A stretch of DNA of 64,000 bases. Origin: Cycas panzhihuaensis. Lineage: Eukaryota > Plantae > Cycadophyta. Numbering within the stretch: the stretch's first letter is position 1; each line of letters opens with the position of its first letter. The notes below the pieces were generated by a model. The model did no database searches and had not been told where the DNA came from. It saw only the letters and a program-made list of their open reading frames with translations. Below are positions 13,875-27,336 of the stretch, one piece after another. The DNA lies in the NCBI GenBank assembly GCA_023213395.1, contig CM041465.1:205413741-205477740 (forward strand), given 5' to 3'. Made by a program: the position numbers and the translations under genes.

Positions 13875-14198
13875 TATTAGGTATAATATTTGGATCAATA
13901 TTTAATTCATTAGTTACTACTAATTCCCCCTTCATACTCATGTAACTCTCAAGATTATTTTGATTATTATATTGTACTCATCTTAATATATATGCAAGTG
14001 GCATATTGGTTTGTATGCCAAGCCATCAAGAGCACACCATTATTAATCTTGAGAGATGTCACACATATGTGAGCATCCTATATATGTATGTATATTTTGT
14101 ATTGTAATGTAATAAATAGTATTCATTCTCATTGTCCATATTTGTGTCTTACATTTCTTCTCTTAAGATGTAATATCACTCTAATACCATATCCAACA
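13875..14198 (+). repeat. 3' LTR of element A
   Basis: Preceded by a PPT and followed by TSD AACCT. Confidence 0.9.
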
Positions 14199-14637
14199 AA
14201 CCTGTGGAGTCAGTTATATATAGTAAAGATGATAAGAAACATGGTAGATCTTATGAGGGAAGTAAGATCAATTTAGGATCAATTATTAATAATTAAGAGG
14301 TGATATATACAAATTGTAAGGATACTCTTATGTATAAAGAGTATTCCTTGCTATATCATTTAAACAAAAGTTATGGCATTAAAGAATAGGCCATTTGAAT
14401 TACTCTAATCTCTAATTAATATATAAATTTTAAATGGTATATGGTTTATATTTAATTGATAATAAAAGTATGTGAAACCTATATTTTTGGTGTCATAGAG
14501 AACCATTTCTAAAAAAGAAATCATAGAGAGAGAAGGAAGAAAAAAGTATAGAGAGAGAAGAAAAAATAAGGATTGGTTCACTATGGAATTTGTGGACTAA
14601 CATTTGTCATCTTGTTAGGTAGAGTGAGATACTTTAT

Positions 14638-14963
14638 TATTGGAGCGCGTGACGCTAACTATCATAAGGAAGTCCTCTTCCCAAATCACTCTGGGGCTTT
14701 TGGTGTAACGGCAACCTATGACAAGTGGTATCAAAGCGACCAGGGTTCAAAATTGGTCCTGTGTACCATGGTAGCATACCCAAAGATACGTGAAGGTGTT
14801 TATAGGGTAGCGCCGAGGAACGCCGTGATGGATATACAATGTCATGTAGGTACAACTAACTCCTTATGACGGGGGAGTGATGGAGCATGTGACGCTAACT
14901 ATTACAAGGAAGTCCGCTTTCCAAATCACCCCAAGGCTTTTAGTGTAACAGCAACCTATGACA
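14638..14963 (+). mobile_element. Complete 326-bp TRIM (terminal-repeat retrotransposon in miniature)
   Basis: 86-bp LTRs at 14638-14723 and 14878-14963. PBS tggtatcaaagc at 14726-14737. PPT gggggag at 14871-14877. TSD TTTAT at 14633-14637 and 14964-14968. Interrupts the host integrase motif RYFITF. Confidence 0.96.
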
Positions 14964-16286
14964 TTTATTACATTCATCAATAACTTTTTAAGAAAAGTTT
15001 AGGATTTTTTATTGAAGGAAAAATCATAAGTCTTCACTTATTTTAAGTAGTTTAAGGAGTTGGTAGAGAATAAAAGTAGACACAAAATTAATGTTTTATA
15101 AACTAATAATATGGTGGAGAGTAAACTTCAAATGACTTCACCTAATTCTATAAGGATTATAAAATTTAGAGGTAATTTACTACTGCCTATACACCTAAGC
15201 ACAATAGTTTTGTTGAGCGGATGAATAAATCTTTGTTTAAAAATATCAAAGTAATGATAAAAATAAGGATGTATCAGAGTTCTTATGGGCTAAAGCTATG
15301 AATATAGTGACATATCTGATAAATAAAAGTACTACAAAGGAAATGAGAAATATCATCCCTGAGGAAGCTTGGTTAGACAGAAAACTAATACACAGTCATA
15401 TGAGAGTCTTTGAATGTAATGCATATGTACATATTCCAAAGGAAAAATGACAAAAGTTAGATGATAAAAACATAAAGTGTATCCTAGTAGGATACTCTAA
15501 AGAAAGTAAAGTATACAAAGTATATGAGTTATCTTCTTAAAAGGTTTATATAACTCATGATGTGATATTTCAAGAAGAAGAAACACAGGACATTGATTTA
15601 ATTAAGGTTAAAAATCATAATGAAGTATAACTTAAATATGGTGCTTCATGTGATATTATTCAACCTAAATATAAACTAGTATATATTGGTGATGAAGCAA
15701 ATTTAGAATCCTTTCAAATTACAAAATCAAAATCTAAAAAAATACCAAAGAGAGAACAAAAGCCAAAGCAGGAAAAAGTGTTAAATTTGACACCTTCATC
15801 ATCAAAGAATAAGATTCTAAAATGGTATACAAAAATGGACATTGAAAGATTGTTACCTAATTTTGAAGAAAAGTTAAAATAAAAAATACAACCTTTTGAA
15901 CAAGAGAATATAACTCTCATGTTTTATGTATTAAATTCAAGTGAACCATTCACAATTAAAGAAGCAATTAAAGAACAAAAGTAGAATGATATTATGAAAT
16001 TTGAAATCTAAGCTATTAAGAAAATCCACACAAGGGATTTAGTTGAATTACCTATTAACAAATATGTAATTGGATGCAAATGGATATATATGAAGAAGTT
16101 TTAATCAAATGGATCTATAGATAGGTACAAATCTTAACTTATAGTGAAAGACTTCAAGCAGCTAGAAGGAATCAACTACTAATAAACATTCACTCTTATT
16201 GCAAAAATAAATACCATTCAAATCATTATGGTGATAGCTACTCAATTTAATTAGTAAATATACTAGACATATGTAAAAATTACATT

Positions 16287-19200
16287 TGTTTAAATAATGT
16301 TCATTAAATTGAATTCTAAAAGGGTGTGTCGGTATTGGGTGGTGTGGAACTAAATATAGCCTACCTTAATTGACCTATCCATATTTTTTTTAATGGTGTT
16401 TTTTAACACTAATGACGGTAGACATTAGGCAAGCCCAATGACCCGTCTATTTATATTGGGCCTCACGGCCTAAAGGTATTCTTTATCATTGCCCTCAAGA
16501 TTTAGAAATTTTGTTAATTAAGTTTATTTGCAATGGCTTTGTAGTTTTTGATTTTGCTCTGACCTCGCTCCATCATTTGGTATTAGAATTACATTGTATG
16601 GAACAAAGTTGAACGTTGCTACCTTCTTTTCTTAATATGTTTTATCAATATTTATAAACTAAGTGATTTAATATAGTTATTTGTTTTATTTTTTATATAC
16701 ATTATATTTTATTATATGTTTACATTTGCATGACCTGCGTATAGATCATACGGCCCATATGGCTATTTTAATCTATTAACTAATGATTCTTTTATAGAGA
16801 TTTTGATCCTGAGAAGCCTGATAGTGATTTGGAGTAATCTAATATAGATTTTAGAGATTTGTTGTTTGAATTTAATCAGTTTTATTTTTAATTTCAGGAT
16901 TAGTAAGTTGCCTTCATTTCAATGGAGTCTTATTCGCAAATTGATGATTAAAAACTCAACATATGACTACTCGTTTTGATTATATATGAGGCATCTATGT
17001 AGTGGAGAAGATTCTTCAAACTTTCATTGCCCCATTTGTAAGAAATTTGTCTCTAAATTTCATCTATCTCTTAAGTTTTCAAAACCCCATAACCTATTTA
17101 GTATTTTTTATATTTTTTTATGTTTTTAATATTTATTTCTCTTAATTTTTTGATAAGTATGTATATCTTATATCCATTTGATTGATCAATTTTTAGTGAT
17201 TTAGGTGATCAATTTTGATCATTTTAATTAGTCGAAGTCACTCTATTAAACGTATGTATGTGCACTTTTTATTTATTCATTAAAAAATGATTTTATTTTA
17301 TATTTTTCTCTAAAGTTTTTAATAAATTTAATTAAATTTAATAGAATTTGGAGTCTAATCCCCCCTCAACTGCTGGCTATTGGTCTTGTTATTGTGCTCC
17401 CTATGACCCTATTTTTGTAAAAAAATGGTGGATTTAAAATCACATTATGCTCTTTTTTATAATTTTAGATTTTAAGCGAATTGACTATATTTCATAAAAT
17501 TTGAAGTCTATAGCCCCTCTTTTCACTAGTAGGTGGTCACGTGATGTGATCCATTGACCAAGGGCTTATTCGATAAAGGGGCTTAAGGTTCCTCTCCTTT
17601 GATTTTTTTTCCACAAAGAGGTGTCTTCATTATTTTTGTAATAACCTTAAATCTAGGAGCCCATTTTTTGAACAGTTCAAATCATTAGAAAGTTGATTCA
17701 GAGCTCTTTAGTTTAGAATTAGTTTGAGATTAATTTAAAGCTCTTTTGCAAGACTTTTAAGCTACTAAAGTCAACCAACTTGATTAATCCTTATTTGAGT
17801 ATTTTTCATTATTTTTAAGGTTATTTTGTAATTTTCTTCAAAGATATCAATGCTTCATTATTATACTAACTATTGTTAATAAATTTTAGTCGACTATTTT
17901 AACTCATAAATATTTTGTAGTTGATTTTATGTAGGTTTGCTCTTGAAAGTGAACTAAATAATCTTGGGTCAAATTTTCACAAATAAGAGCTCTCTAAACC
18001 CTTTTAGCACTTTAGATTATTTCATTTAGTGTCATTTAATTTAATTTCATCTCATTTCATTTTATTTACTTTTAAGATTTTTAATTTTTAGTAAAAGGAA
18101 TATTATTTATAAGAAAGACCACAATTAATATTAATTTTTTCATATTAACAAGATAACCCCTGAATCAACCATCCTATTTTCTAGCCTTATAAGGGGAACA
18201 ATTATGACCCTTGAAGTTACCACCCTATATATGCCTTTAGTAGACTCTAACTTATTAAGAAAACCATTAGCTATCAAGTGTAATAGGTGGTAGGCTAAAG
18301 TGGAGAACCTTTTTCCATTTAGAGTTTGGAGACTCGGCTAGACCTAGAGGGGGTAAGTGCCTTGGTTAGTCAAGCTCTCAATACTAGATCTATCGCTAGG
18401 TATAAGTCTGACGTAGGTGAACTAACAAATCAAGGGGGTCTTTGACCTTATTGATAACATACGTACTAAGGTATATCAAGCCTTGAGCTTACATATCGGT
18501 ATATTAGATCCCTAGTTTTCCACTTGTAGGTAGGCGCCATCAAATAGTATAGCAACCGAGAGCTTTCCTTGGAGACCCTAACATACAAAACTCTAGATTA
18601 GAAACCCCCTAAGTAGATGGGATATAAATACATTTAAAATTTTAGGGTACATAGTTGAGTTTACAATGGCAACAAACTTTAGGAACATAATCATACCTAA
18701 ATTTGATAGAACTAATTTCTTTAATTGGAGTAAAAGAATGAAACTAATCTTTATAGATAAAGATATATGGGAACTTATCAAGGATAAATTTTATGACATT
18801 GGAGAAAATGCTACTTTGGATGAGAAACTAGTTTATAGAGAGTGTGTTAAAAAGGACAACGAAGTTTTAACTCTTATTTTTTGTGCTTTAGAAGACCACG
18901 TATTCCCTAGAATTAGTAAAGCAACTACATCAAAGGAAGCTTGGGATACTCTAAAGCTAATTTATGAAGGAGCCTTATCTATTAAGCTTTAATTCCTTAG
19001 AAATAAATTTGAGAAATTAAATATGTCACTAAGAGAAAGTGTCAATGAATTTATCACCAAGATCCAAGACTTAGTCAATAAGATAAGATCCCTAGAAGAA
19101 GTGTTGATTAAACAAAGGGTTGTAGAAAGAATATTGAGATGTATTAGAGAAGTTAAAATATTTGAAATGGTAGCCACAATCATTGAAGTTTCAAAGGACC

Positions 19201-22200
19201 TAAGTGCCCTTAAGATTAAGCAATTGAGTGCCATGCTTCTTGTAGTTGAAGAGAAGAAAGGTGAACACAAAACCTTAGAATATGTCTTTGCCACAAAGAT
19301 AAGGATCAAGCAAAGTAATCAAGGATAAAGTTTTAGAGGGAGGGATCAATCCCCTAAAGGAAGAGATAGAAATAAAGGGACATATCAAGAATCAAGCCAA
19401 AAATATCAAGAACCTCATCAAAGATACCAACGACTAAATCAAAGATACTAAGAGAGGAACAACTTCTATAATCAAGATAGACCTCAAGAATAAAATTATT
19501 ACTACCATGGATATAATAATTGTCAAGGGTAAGAAATCTATCTAGGACTAAGTTAATACTTTTAAGGATAAAATCATATGAATTGTCAAGGTGAAAATCA
19601 AACCTCATTCTTTGAAAGAGGAAGATCAACCTCTAGAGGAAGAGGAACCTCTAGAAATAGGAGCCATAATCAAAGAAGTAGAGAACCAATCCAATACTCA
19701 TTTTGCTATAAAATTGGACACATAGAGGACCATTGCTTTATCAAAAATATAAGTCAACAAAGAGAAATTACAAATACCATAACTGAATCTAGAGACAATG
19801 ATAGTCTTTTCCTATCAAGTCTTGTAGTTAGTGAAGAAGAGGACAGTTGGTATATGGATTTAGGGTGTTTAACCCATATGACTCATAAGGAGGAAATTTT
19901 TAAAACCATTGATAGAACTAAAAAGAGAAAGATTTTAATTTGGGATAACACTACCCATGACTTAATTGGCAAAGGTAATATTACTATAACCATGGAATCA
20001 AGATAAACTAGGTACATTGATGACATGTTGCATGTACCTACCTTGAAAAAGAACCTACTTTCCGTAAGTTAGATGATGGAATAAGATTACAAGGTCATCT
20101 TTGATAATGGTGAATGTGTAATGAAAGATAAAAGAATGAATAAAGTTATTGTAGCCAAGGGACAAATGACTAGTGATAGACTATTTAAGCTAGTCATTCC
20201 TCTAACAAATAATTATGCTTTAGAAGCCTCTACTAAAGTTGGAAGTGACACATGGCATAAAAGATTTGGTCATCTGAACTATAATAGCTTGGACCTAATG
20301 AAGAGAATAGAAATAGTCGAGGGCTTACCTACTATTGGAGAAAACAGAGAAATTTGTGAAGGTTACCTACTTGGAAAGTAACATAGAGAAAGTCTTCCAT
20401 AGTTCTCCTTCGATTAATCTACATAGATTTATGTGAACCCATGGATGTGCCATCACTTTGAGGTGCTAAATATTTTATGATGTTTATTGATAATTTTACC
20501 AAAAAAACTTGGGTGTACTTTTTAAAGTTTAAATTAAATACCTTCTAATGTTTTGTTAATTTCAAATCCTTTGTGAAAAAATGAAGTAGACATAAGATTC
20601 TCTCCCTTAAATCAGATAATAGGGGAGAATTCATCTCAAATAAATTTAAAAAAATTTGTATCCATCATGGCCTAAGAAGATAATATATCAATCTATATAC
20701 TCCACAACAAAATGGAGTGGAAAAAAGAAAGAATAGGACCATTGTTGAGATAATAATGTGCATGCTCAAGGACAAGAATCTTAGGTATGAATTTTGGGTA
20801 GAAGCCATACATACAACTATTTATCTATTGAATAGGTATACCATTAAAGCCCTTGGATGGGTCACACCAAAAGAGGCTTGGAAATGACATAAGCCAAGTA
20901 TTCACCACTTGAAAATCTTTAGATGTCTAGTATTTGCTCATATACGATAAGAAAAGAGAATGAAACTAGATAATAAATGTATCAAATACATATTTATAGG
21001 ATATTATAATACATCTAGATTTTATAAGCTATTTAACCCTAAGGAAAAGAAAATAATCATGAGTAGAGTTGTTATCTTCAAAGAGGATGATTGTTATAAA
21101 GTAGAAATCAAGAAAGACAAGGAAAAGAATATAATAGTGGAATTCGATTCATATCCTAAGTTGAAAAGTGTGCCTTTAAATATGCCAACAATACATGAAT
21201 TAAGTCCTAATGAGGTTGGACCCTCCACATTTAGTTAAAATGTTCTAAACTAGGCCTAAAGATGATATGACCCAATAAATATACTAGATAACAACTTTGA
21301 AAGAAGATCTACATGTTCCAATAGAATTAACTTTGCTCTAATGAGCCAAGTTATGGAATCACATGAGCCTTGTACCTTTAAAGAGGCTAATACTAAATAG
21401 GAATAGTAGAATGCAATGCAAAAGGAGTACAATGTTTGGTCAAAAATGACACATGGGAATTAGTTGATCTCCCTTTAAACAAATCAATAATTAGCACCAA
21501 ATAGGTTTAAAAGATGAAATTTAGGTTAGATGGTTCTATTAACAAGTATAAAGCAAGGCTAGTATCCAAAGGGTATGTCCAATTCGAAGGAATTGACTAC
21601 AATGAAACATTTGCTCCTATAGCCAGAGTGGAGATTGTACATCTTATATTGAGTTTTTCTACACAAAAGGGATGGACCATCCAACAAATGGATGTTAAAA
21701 GTACCTTCCTAAATAGATACATAGAAGAGGAAATCTATGTATAACAACCCAAAGGCTTTGAAGTCAAGGGGGAGGAAAACAAAGTATATACACTAAAGAA
21801 GGCCTTGTATGGATTAAAATAAGTGCCTAGAGTCTGGTACTCTATGATAGATAAATATTTTAGAGACAAAGGATTCGCAAGGAGTCAATTAGATCATAAG
21901 CTATATATAAAGATTGAAGAAGACTTAATACTTATTATGGGACTATATGTTGATGACCTAGTCTATACAGGAAATGAATTTCAATTATCACAAAAGTTCA
22001 AAGATGATATGTACAAAAAATTTAAGATGATTGACTTAGGCCTCATACATTACTTCCTAAGTTTAGAAGTATGGAAAGATGAGAATGGAATATTTATATC
22101 TCAAAGAAAATATATCTTGGATTTACTTCAAACGTTTAAGACGAATGATTGCAAAGCATTGGCTATACTAGTGAAAATTAGAATAAAATTATCCAAGTAT

Positions 22201-23191
22201 GATGACTCTATACCAATTGATCCTACACTTTACAAGCAATTAATTGGTAGTTTAATCTACTTAATGTCAACTTGTCTAAATATCATGTATTTAATAAGTG
22301 TAGTATCTAGATTCATGTAAGAACCTAAGATAACACATTGGTTGGCAGAAAAGAGAATTCTTCGATACCTAAAAGGTATAATTAGCTATAGGTTAGATTA
22401 CAAGTCCTTGACAGATTTCAAGTTAGTTGGCTACACAGATTTAGATTAGGTAGGTTGTATTGATGATAAGAAATCTACATCTGGCTATACTTTTAGCATG
22501 GGATCAACATCAATTACTTAGAGTACTAAGAAACAAAACATAGTATCCTTATCTATTATAGAAGTAGAGTACAAAGTAGCAGTAGTAGGAGTATGTAAGA
22601 TAGTTTGGCTATATCAATTACTCTAAGATCTACAAATAAAATAGGATGGACCTACAAATATGATATGTGATAATCAAAGTGTAATTCAAATGACACGTAC
22701 TCCAATATTTCATGGAAGAATGAAGTATATTAAAATACAACATCATTTTATGAAGGAATTGGTACAAGCTAGTGAGATTGAATTAGTTTACTATAACACA
22801 GAGGAATAAGTGGTAGACATCTTTACTACAACTCTTAGAAAATCAAGTTTTATAAATTCAAAGATAAGCTTAGAGTCTTTCCTAATGAACATTATCAGGG
22901 ATATATATTGGAATAATATTTATTAAATTAAACTTTAAAAAGGTATGTTGGCATTGGATGGTGTGGAGCTGACTCTAGCCCATTTAGTCAATCTACCCAT
23001 ATTTTTTAATGGCGTTTTTTAACACCAATGATAGTTGACATTGGGCAAGCCCAATAACCTATCTATTTATATCAAGTCTCACAGCCTGAAGGTGTTCTTT
23101 AACAATGCCCTCAATCTTTGGAAATTTTTATTAATTAAGTTTATTACAATGGCTTTGTAGTTTCTAGTTTTGTTCTAACCTTGCTCCATTA
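16287..23191 (+). mobile_element. Full-length degenerate Ty1/copia element (F) with TSD ACATT, inserted in the RT of H
   Basis: LTRs at 16287-16575 and 22906-23191. ACATT at 16282-16286 and 23192-23196. Eroded PBS tggtattagaat at 16578-16589. Complete gag-pol remnants. Confidence 0.93.
18666..22890 (+). pseudogene. Copia gag-pol pseudogene of F
   Basis: ORFs 18666-18992 and 19023-19328 (gag), 19578-20006 (knuckle and protease WYMDLGCLTHM), 20121-20381 (WHKRFGHLNY), 20960-21238 (INT C-terminus), 21514-21744 and 21823-22320 (RT, LYVDDL). Confidence 0.93.
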
Positions 23192-24395
23192 ACATTTTTA
23201 AATGGAGATTTATACAAAGATATTTATGTGGAGTAGCCACCTGGCGTTGTTGAAAAAGATCAAGAGTACTTACCATGTTGATTTAAAAAAGCTTTGTATG
23301 GCCTAAAATAGAATCCTCAAGCTTAGTATAAAAAAACTAATTAGTGCCTTTTAATGAATAGATTTGAGAGATCTTCAACTGATTAAAATCTTTACATCAA
23401 AGAATAAAATAAGAAGATCATATTTATGGTATTTTATATTGATGATTTATTGATTATAAGTAATGATATTACAATGATATAAAACTTGAAAGCAAATCTA
23501 AGTCACTTCTTTGAGATGATAAATTTTGGAACTCTACACTACTTTCTTAGAATGGAAGTATAGCAAAGGCCTGAACATGTCTTTATATCATAAGCAAAGT
23601 ACACTTAAAAATTTTTGAAGAATTTTAGAATGGATGATTACAAACTTATGTGTACCCTAATGGAAGTAGGTTCTTGGTTATCAACTAAAAATAATAAAGT
23701 AAATGTTGATTTTACTTTGTATAGGTAATTGGTAGGAAATCTAATATACCTAATCACTGCTAGACTTGATATTTCTTTTGTAGTTAGAATAATATCTACA
23801 TTTATGGAAGTGTCAGAATAGAGTCACTAGAAAGTTATAAAAGAATCTTTAAATACTCAAAAGGGATGATTCAATATAGGCTTAAATTTCATCATAATAA
23901 TAATTTTAAGTTTACAAGATTTATAGATTCTGATTAGGCTAGATGTATAGATAGCAGAAGGTCAACTTCTAGATATTATTTTAGTTTAGGAATAATTACC
24001 ATCACATGGAAGAATAAAAAGTAATCAAATATCATTTCATCATCAACTAAAGTAGAATATAAGGCTACAATTGCATAACTATTGAAGTCATTCGGTTACA
24101 ATAGATTCTAGAGGATATAGCACTACCATAATTAAAACTAGTTATCTTGTATTATGATAATTAGAGTATCTAAAGGATTGATAAGAATCCTATGTACCAT
24201 ACTCTTACCAAACACATAGATGTACACTGTCACTTTATTTAAGAATTAAATCAAAATTATGTGATAGAGATGGTATACATGCCAATAAAAGAATATTTGG
24301 CTAACATCTTCACTAAACCATTTGGATGTGAAAGATTTCAAACTTTATAAGATGGTTTAAGTATTAGAACAAATAAAATAAATATTAAGGGAAAG

Positions 24396-24565
24396 TGTTG
24401 ATGTTAATATTTATTTATGGCTGATAACTTAAGTTATAAGTCTTCCCTTAAAGTTTTGTATATTATTAGATTTTATGATTATTAAATTATAATGTGAGTA
24501 ATGAGTCATTGAGTGTTATAACTCTCACATCACATTTCACATAGGTATGAATTATATTCTATTTG

Positions 24566-24608
<43 letters not shown>

Positions 24609-24749
24609 CATATTGTACATTATTAAATTTTAATTAGAGATGATATTACTTTAAAAGTTTATGAATAATACGAATTTAATGTCCATGTTAGTCTGATAAT
24701 TAATCATATAGTGTGAGATCTCTATTCATGTTAGGTAGAATATTTAATA
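24396..24749 (+). repeat. 3' LTR of host element H (right end approximate)
   Basis: Starts TGTTGA after the PPT; ends where the minus-strand gypsy RT remnant begins. Confidence 0.65.
24568..24605. repeat. (TA)n microsatellite within the H LTR
   Basis: Read directly. Confidence 0.97.
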
Positions 24750-25568
24750 GCTCACAATCTTGAACTTCAATAATTAGTTGATCAAGAAAGTGATCTTAGT
24801 AAAATCTAGGATAAGCCTCCTTAAAAGATTAATCTTACCAAAAAAATACTAAACTACCTTTTTGTTGGAGAAGAATGAGAGATTTTTTATCAGTATCCTT
24901 AATAAGGTGATAAGAAATATTAGTTATATATCTTATTAAGGCTATGATTGAATCAAAGTATATATTAATGTGTATAATATATGATGTATTAAAGAGAGAG
25001 AAGAGAGGTCATTCCAAATGAATGAAATTCTTTTAAAGGTAGACTAATTCTACTTGGTATCTCTCATGTCTTTCTGATAATTAGGTTGCCAATATAGAGT
25101 GTTATTTAATAGTTCTATAGTTTATCCTTAATCTCATTTTTGGTATCAGAGTAGGTTATATTACAGGTTGATAATCAATTTCTCCATTTGTAATATTGGA
25201 ACTAGTGTATGTTTGAATAAAATTCTATATTCTTTATTTACATCTCCCAAAGATGCATCTTGATGTATATCCTACAAGCATTATAGTCCATGAAATAATG
25301 TATAGTTTTGGCATTTGGTAAAATAATTCTAGGTATTATGTAAGGGTGAAGATCTAAATGGTAGGTTGAATATATTCATTTGTTGACTGAGCCATGAAAG
25401 TATAATAGGCAAATTACGATCATCCTAAGAGGCTCATCTTTCATAGAACTTCAAATAGGGTAGAGCATGCAAGTGTGATCATTGACTAATGGGTTTCATC
25501 TCCATGAGCAGTAATAGTTTGTATACTACAATAAAATAGAGAGGCAAAAATCCAACTACCATAAGCAC

Positions 25569-25637
25569 CTCTTAAGGTTGGACCTTCTCTCTAAAGGTTG
25601 GACCTTTGTATCTCTTAAGGTTAGACCTTTACATCTT
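25569..25637 (+). repeat. Three ~20-24-bp tandem units (ctcttaaggttggacctt)
   Basis: Read directly. Confidence 0.85.
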
Positions 25638-26075
25638 GAATACAACTTAGAAATATCATATAAAGTATATGCATCAGTTGACATTATTCAAACCTAAAGA
25701 CCATATGAAGGACTGTATATTATTTATGTTATATGTAGGGATAAATGTGTCAAGGGTTATAGGAGCCATTGCACATAAGATGCCTAAAGAGAAATGATAT
25801 CGATATAAGCCACTTGAATGCTAGATAATAAACAATGTTTTTCTCTTCTCAGACAATGACAGTCATAGTTGAAGAAGTGTATTTAATCAATGGTGAGTAA
25901 AGAGATAAGGTGGTCATAGACGAGGAGAATATTTGAATATATGAATAGAGTGTAATAGATTAATTTGATGGTAGATACATTACTAATAAAAAATGAATTA
26001 ATTCAAAGTTAAAATTAAATCGAATCAACATAACATAGAGGCGAAAATCTGTCGCCAAGTGACTTAGGATAAAAT

Positions 26076-26099
26076 GTATGTGTGTGTGTGTGTGTGTGT
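26076..26099. repeat. (TG)n microsatellite
   Basis: Read directly. Confidence 0.9.
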
Positions 26100-27094
26100 A
26101 TTAGTAATGTTTATTTATATTAAAAAAAAATTAATTATGATTTGCAGTTTGGAGCCCCCCCTCCCCCACTATATTAGCCCCTACTCATATGTGTTAAAGA
26201 GGGCTAAATCATTTTCTGAGTCATAGAAGGGTTATTTGACAAAATAGACTACACTTTCCCATTATAATTTTTTGTTCTCTTAATAACTAACACAATCATA
26301 TAGGTAGATTCTGACTCTCAGTATGATGTACATTGATTTAAGGTATTTTGTTAGAACTCTACATAGTGACCAAGGGATTTGTTATCAATTGTGGTTAATA
26401 AAATAAGTACATGTTATCATAGGGTTATTTAATGTCCAATAGTTCTTTTTATTTTTTTAGTTATTTTACTATATTTTACATTAAATATGCGTGGAAGATG
26501 GTTATTTTTTGGCTCCACTCAGTTGCCTTAAACTTCCTATCTATTACATATTAGTTAACATCATAAAAAGGGATCTAGTAATGTGTGGTACATTGACTCA
26601 AGTGCCATAAGACATATGATAAGTAGACTAGATCTATTCAAACATATGTGGGAAACCAATAACCATATAGTTATTTTAGGTGACAAAAAAGTACTAAATA
26701 TTAAAGGTATAAGAGAAGTCTTAGTAATTACTCATAATTATAGTGATTCCTGTATGGAGAATGTATTATATATTCCTGGTCTAAAAATGAATTTTATCTC
26801 TATTAGCCAAATTGAGGATAATGGAATGATTATTCCCTTTAAGGATGAGAAAGCTTTCATCAATGATTGAGAAGGGAAGACAATCGCAAAAGGTATAAGG
26901 GATAACCATCTTTATAGGCTCTTAGTTAAGTCTATAAACTAAGGGGCTTATTTGACTATTAACATGATTAATAAGATCTAACTATTACATGAAAGGTTGG
27001 GACATCTATATTTTCTTAGCCTTTTGTTAATGAATAAATTAGATATGGTGCATGATCTCCCAAAATTTAAAGAAAAAAAGGGTACTTATAAACC

Positions 27095-27132
<38 letters not shown>

Positions 27133-27191
27133 ATATATATATGTATGTATGTATATATATATGTATGTATGTATATATATATGTATGTATG

Positions 27192-27223
<32 letters not shown>

Positions 27224-27242
27224 TGTATACATATATACATAC

Positions 27243-27309
<67 letters not shown>

Positions 27310-27336
27310 CATACATACATATATATATATATATAT
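27095..27336. repeat. 242-bp compound (TA)n/(TATG)n/(CATA)n microsatellite within the integrase zinc-finger region
   Basis: Read directly; it accounts for the YIYI ORFs in all six frames. Confidence 0.97.

Larger units (their letters stand above)
7119..14198 (+). mobile_element. Non-autonomous LTR element (A) with paired LTRs and TSD AACCT, inserted in the gag of H
   Basis: LTRs 7119-7444 and 13875-14198 are colinear. AACCT at 7114-7118 and 14199-14203. Eroded PBS tagtgttagagt at 7447-7458. PPT aagaggga at 13863-13870. No intact coding region inside. Confidence 0.9.
6778..24749 (+). mobile_element. Old host Ty1/copia element (H), split by three nested insertions; 5' LTR not found
   Basis: Gag reads through the AACCT TSD (…MFKHKDNMRALNL|WSQLYIVKM…). 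LWH*RIGHLNY at ~14370. Integrase RYFI|TFI reads across the TRIM. RT VKITF|LNGDL reads across element F. RNase H end NIFTKPFG at ~24303, PPT aagggaaag at 24387-24395, LTR from 24396. Confidence 0.8.

Noticed and set aside
14668-14677. GGAAGTCCTC in the TRIM LTR matches the 3' part of plant 5S rRNA, suggesting a Cassandra element
   Set aside because: The match is only 10 bp. The 5S A-box and C-box (AGTTAAGCGTGC, AGGATGGGTGACC) are absent, so Cassandra cannot be supported without a profile search.
14573-14869. 98-aa ORF as a novel protein
   Set aside because: It is an accidental read-through from the host integrase remnant (VHYGICG...RYFI) into the non-coding TRIM.
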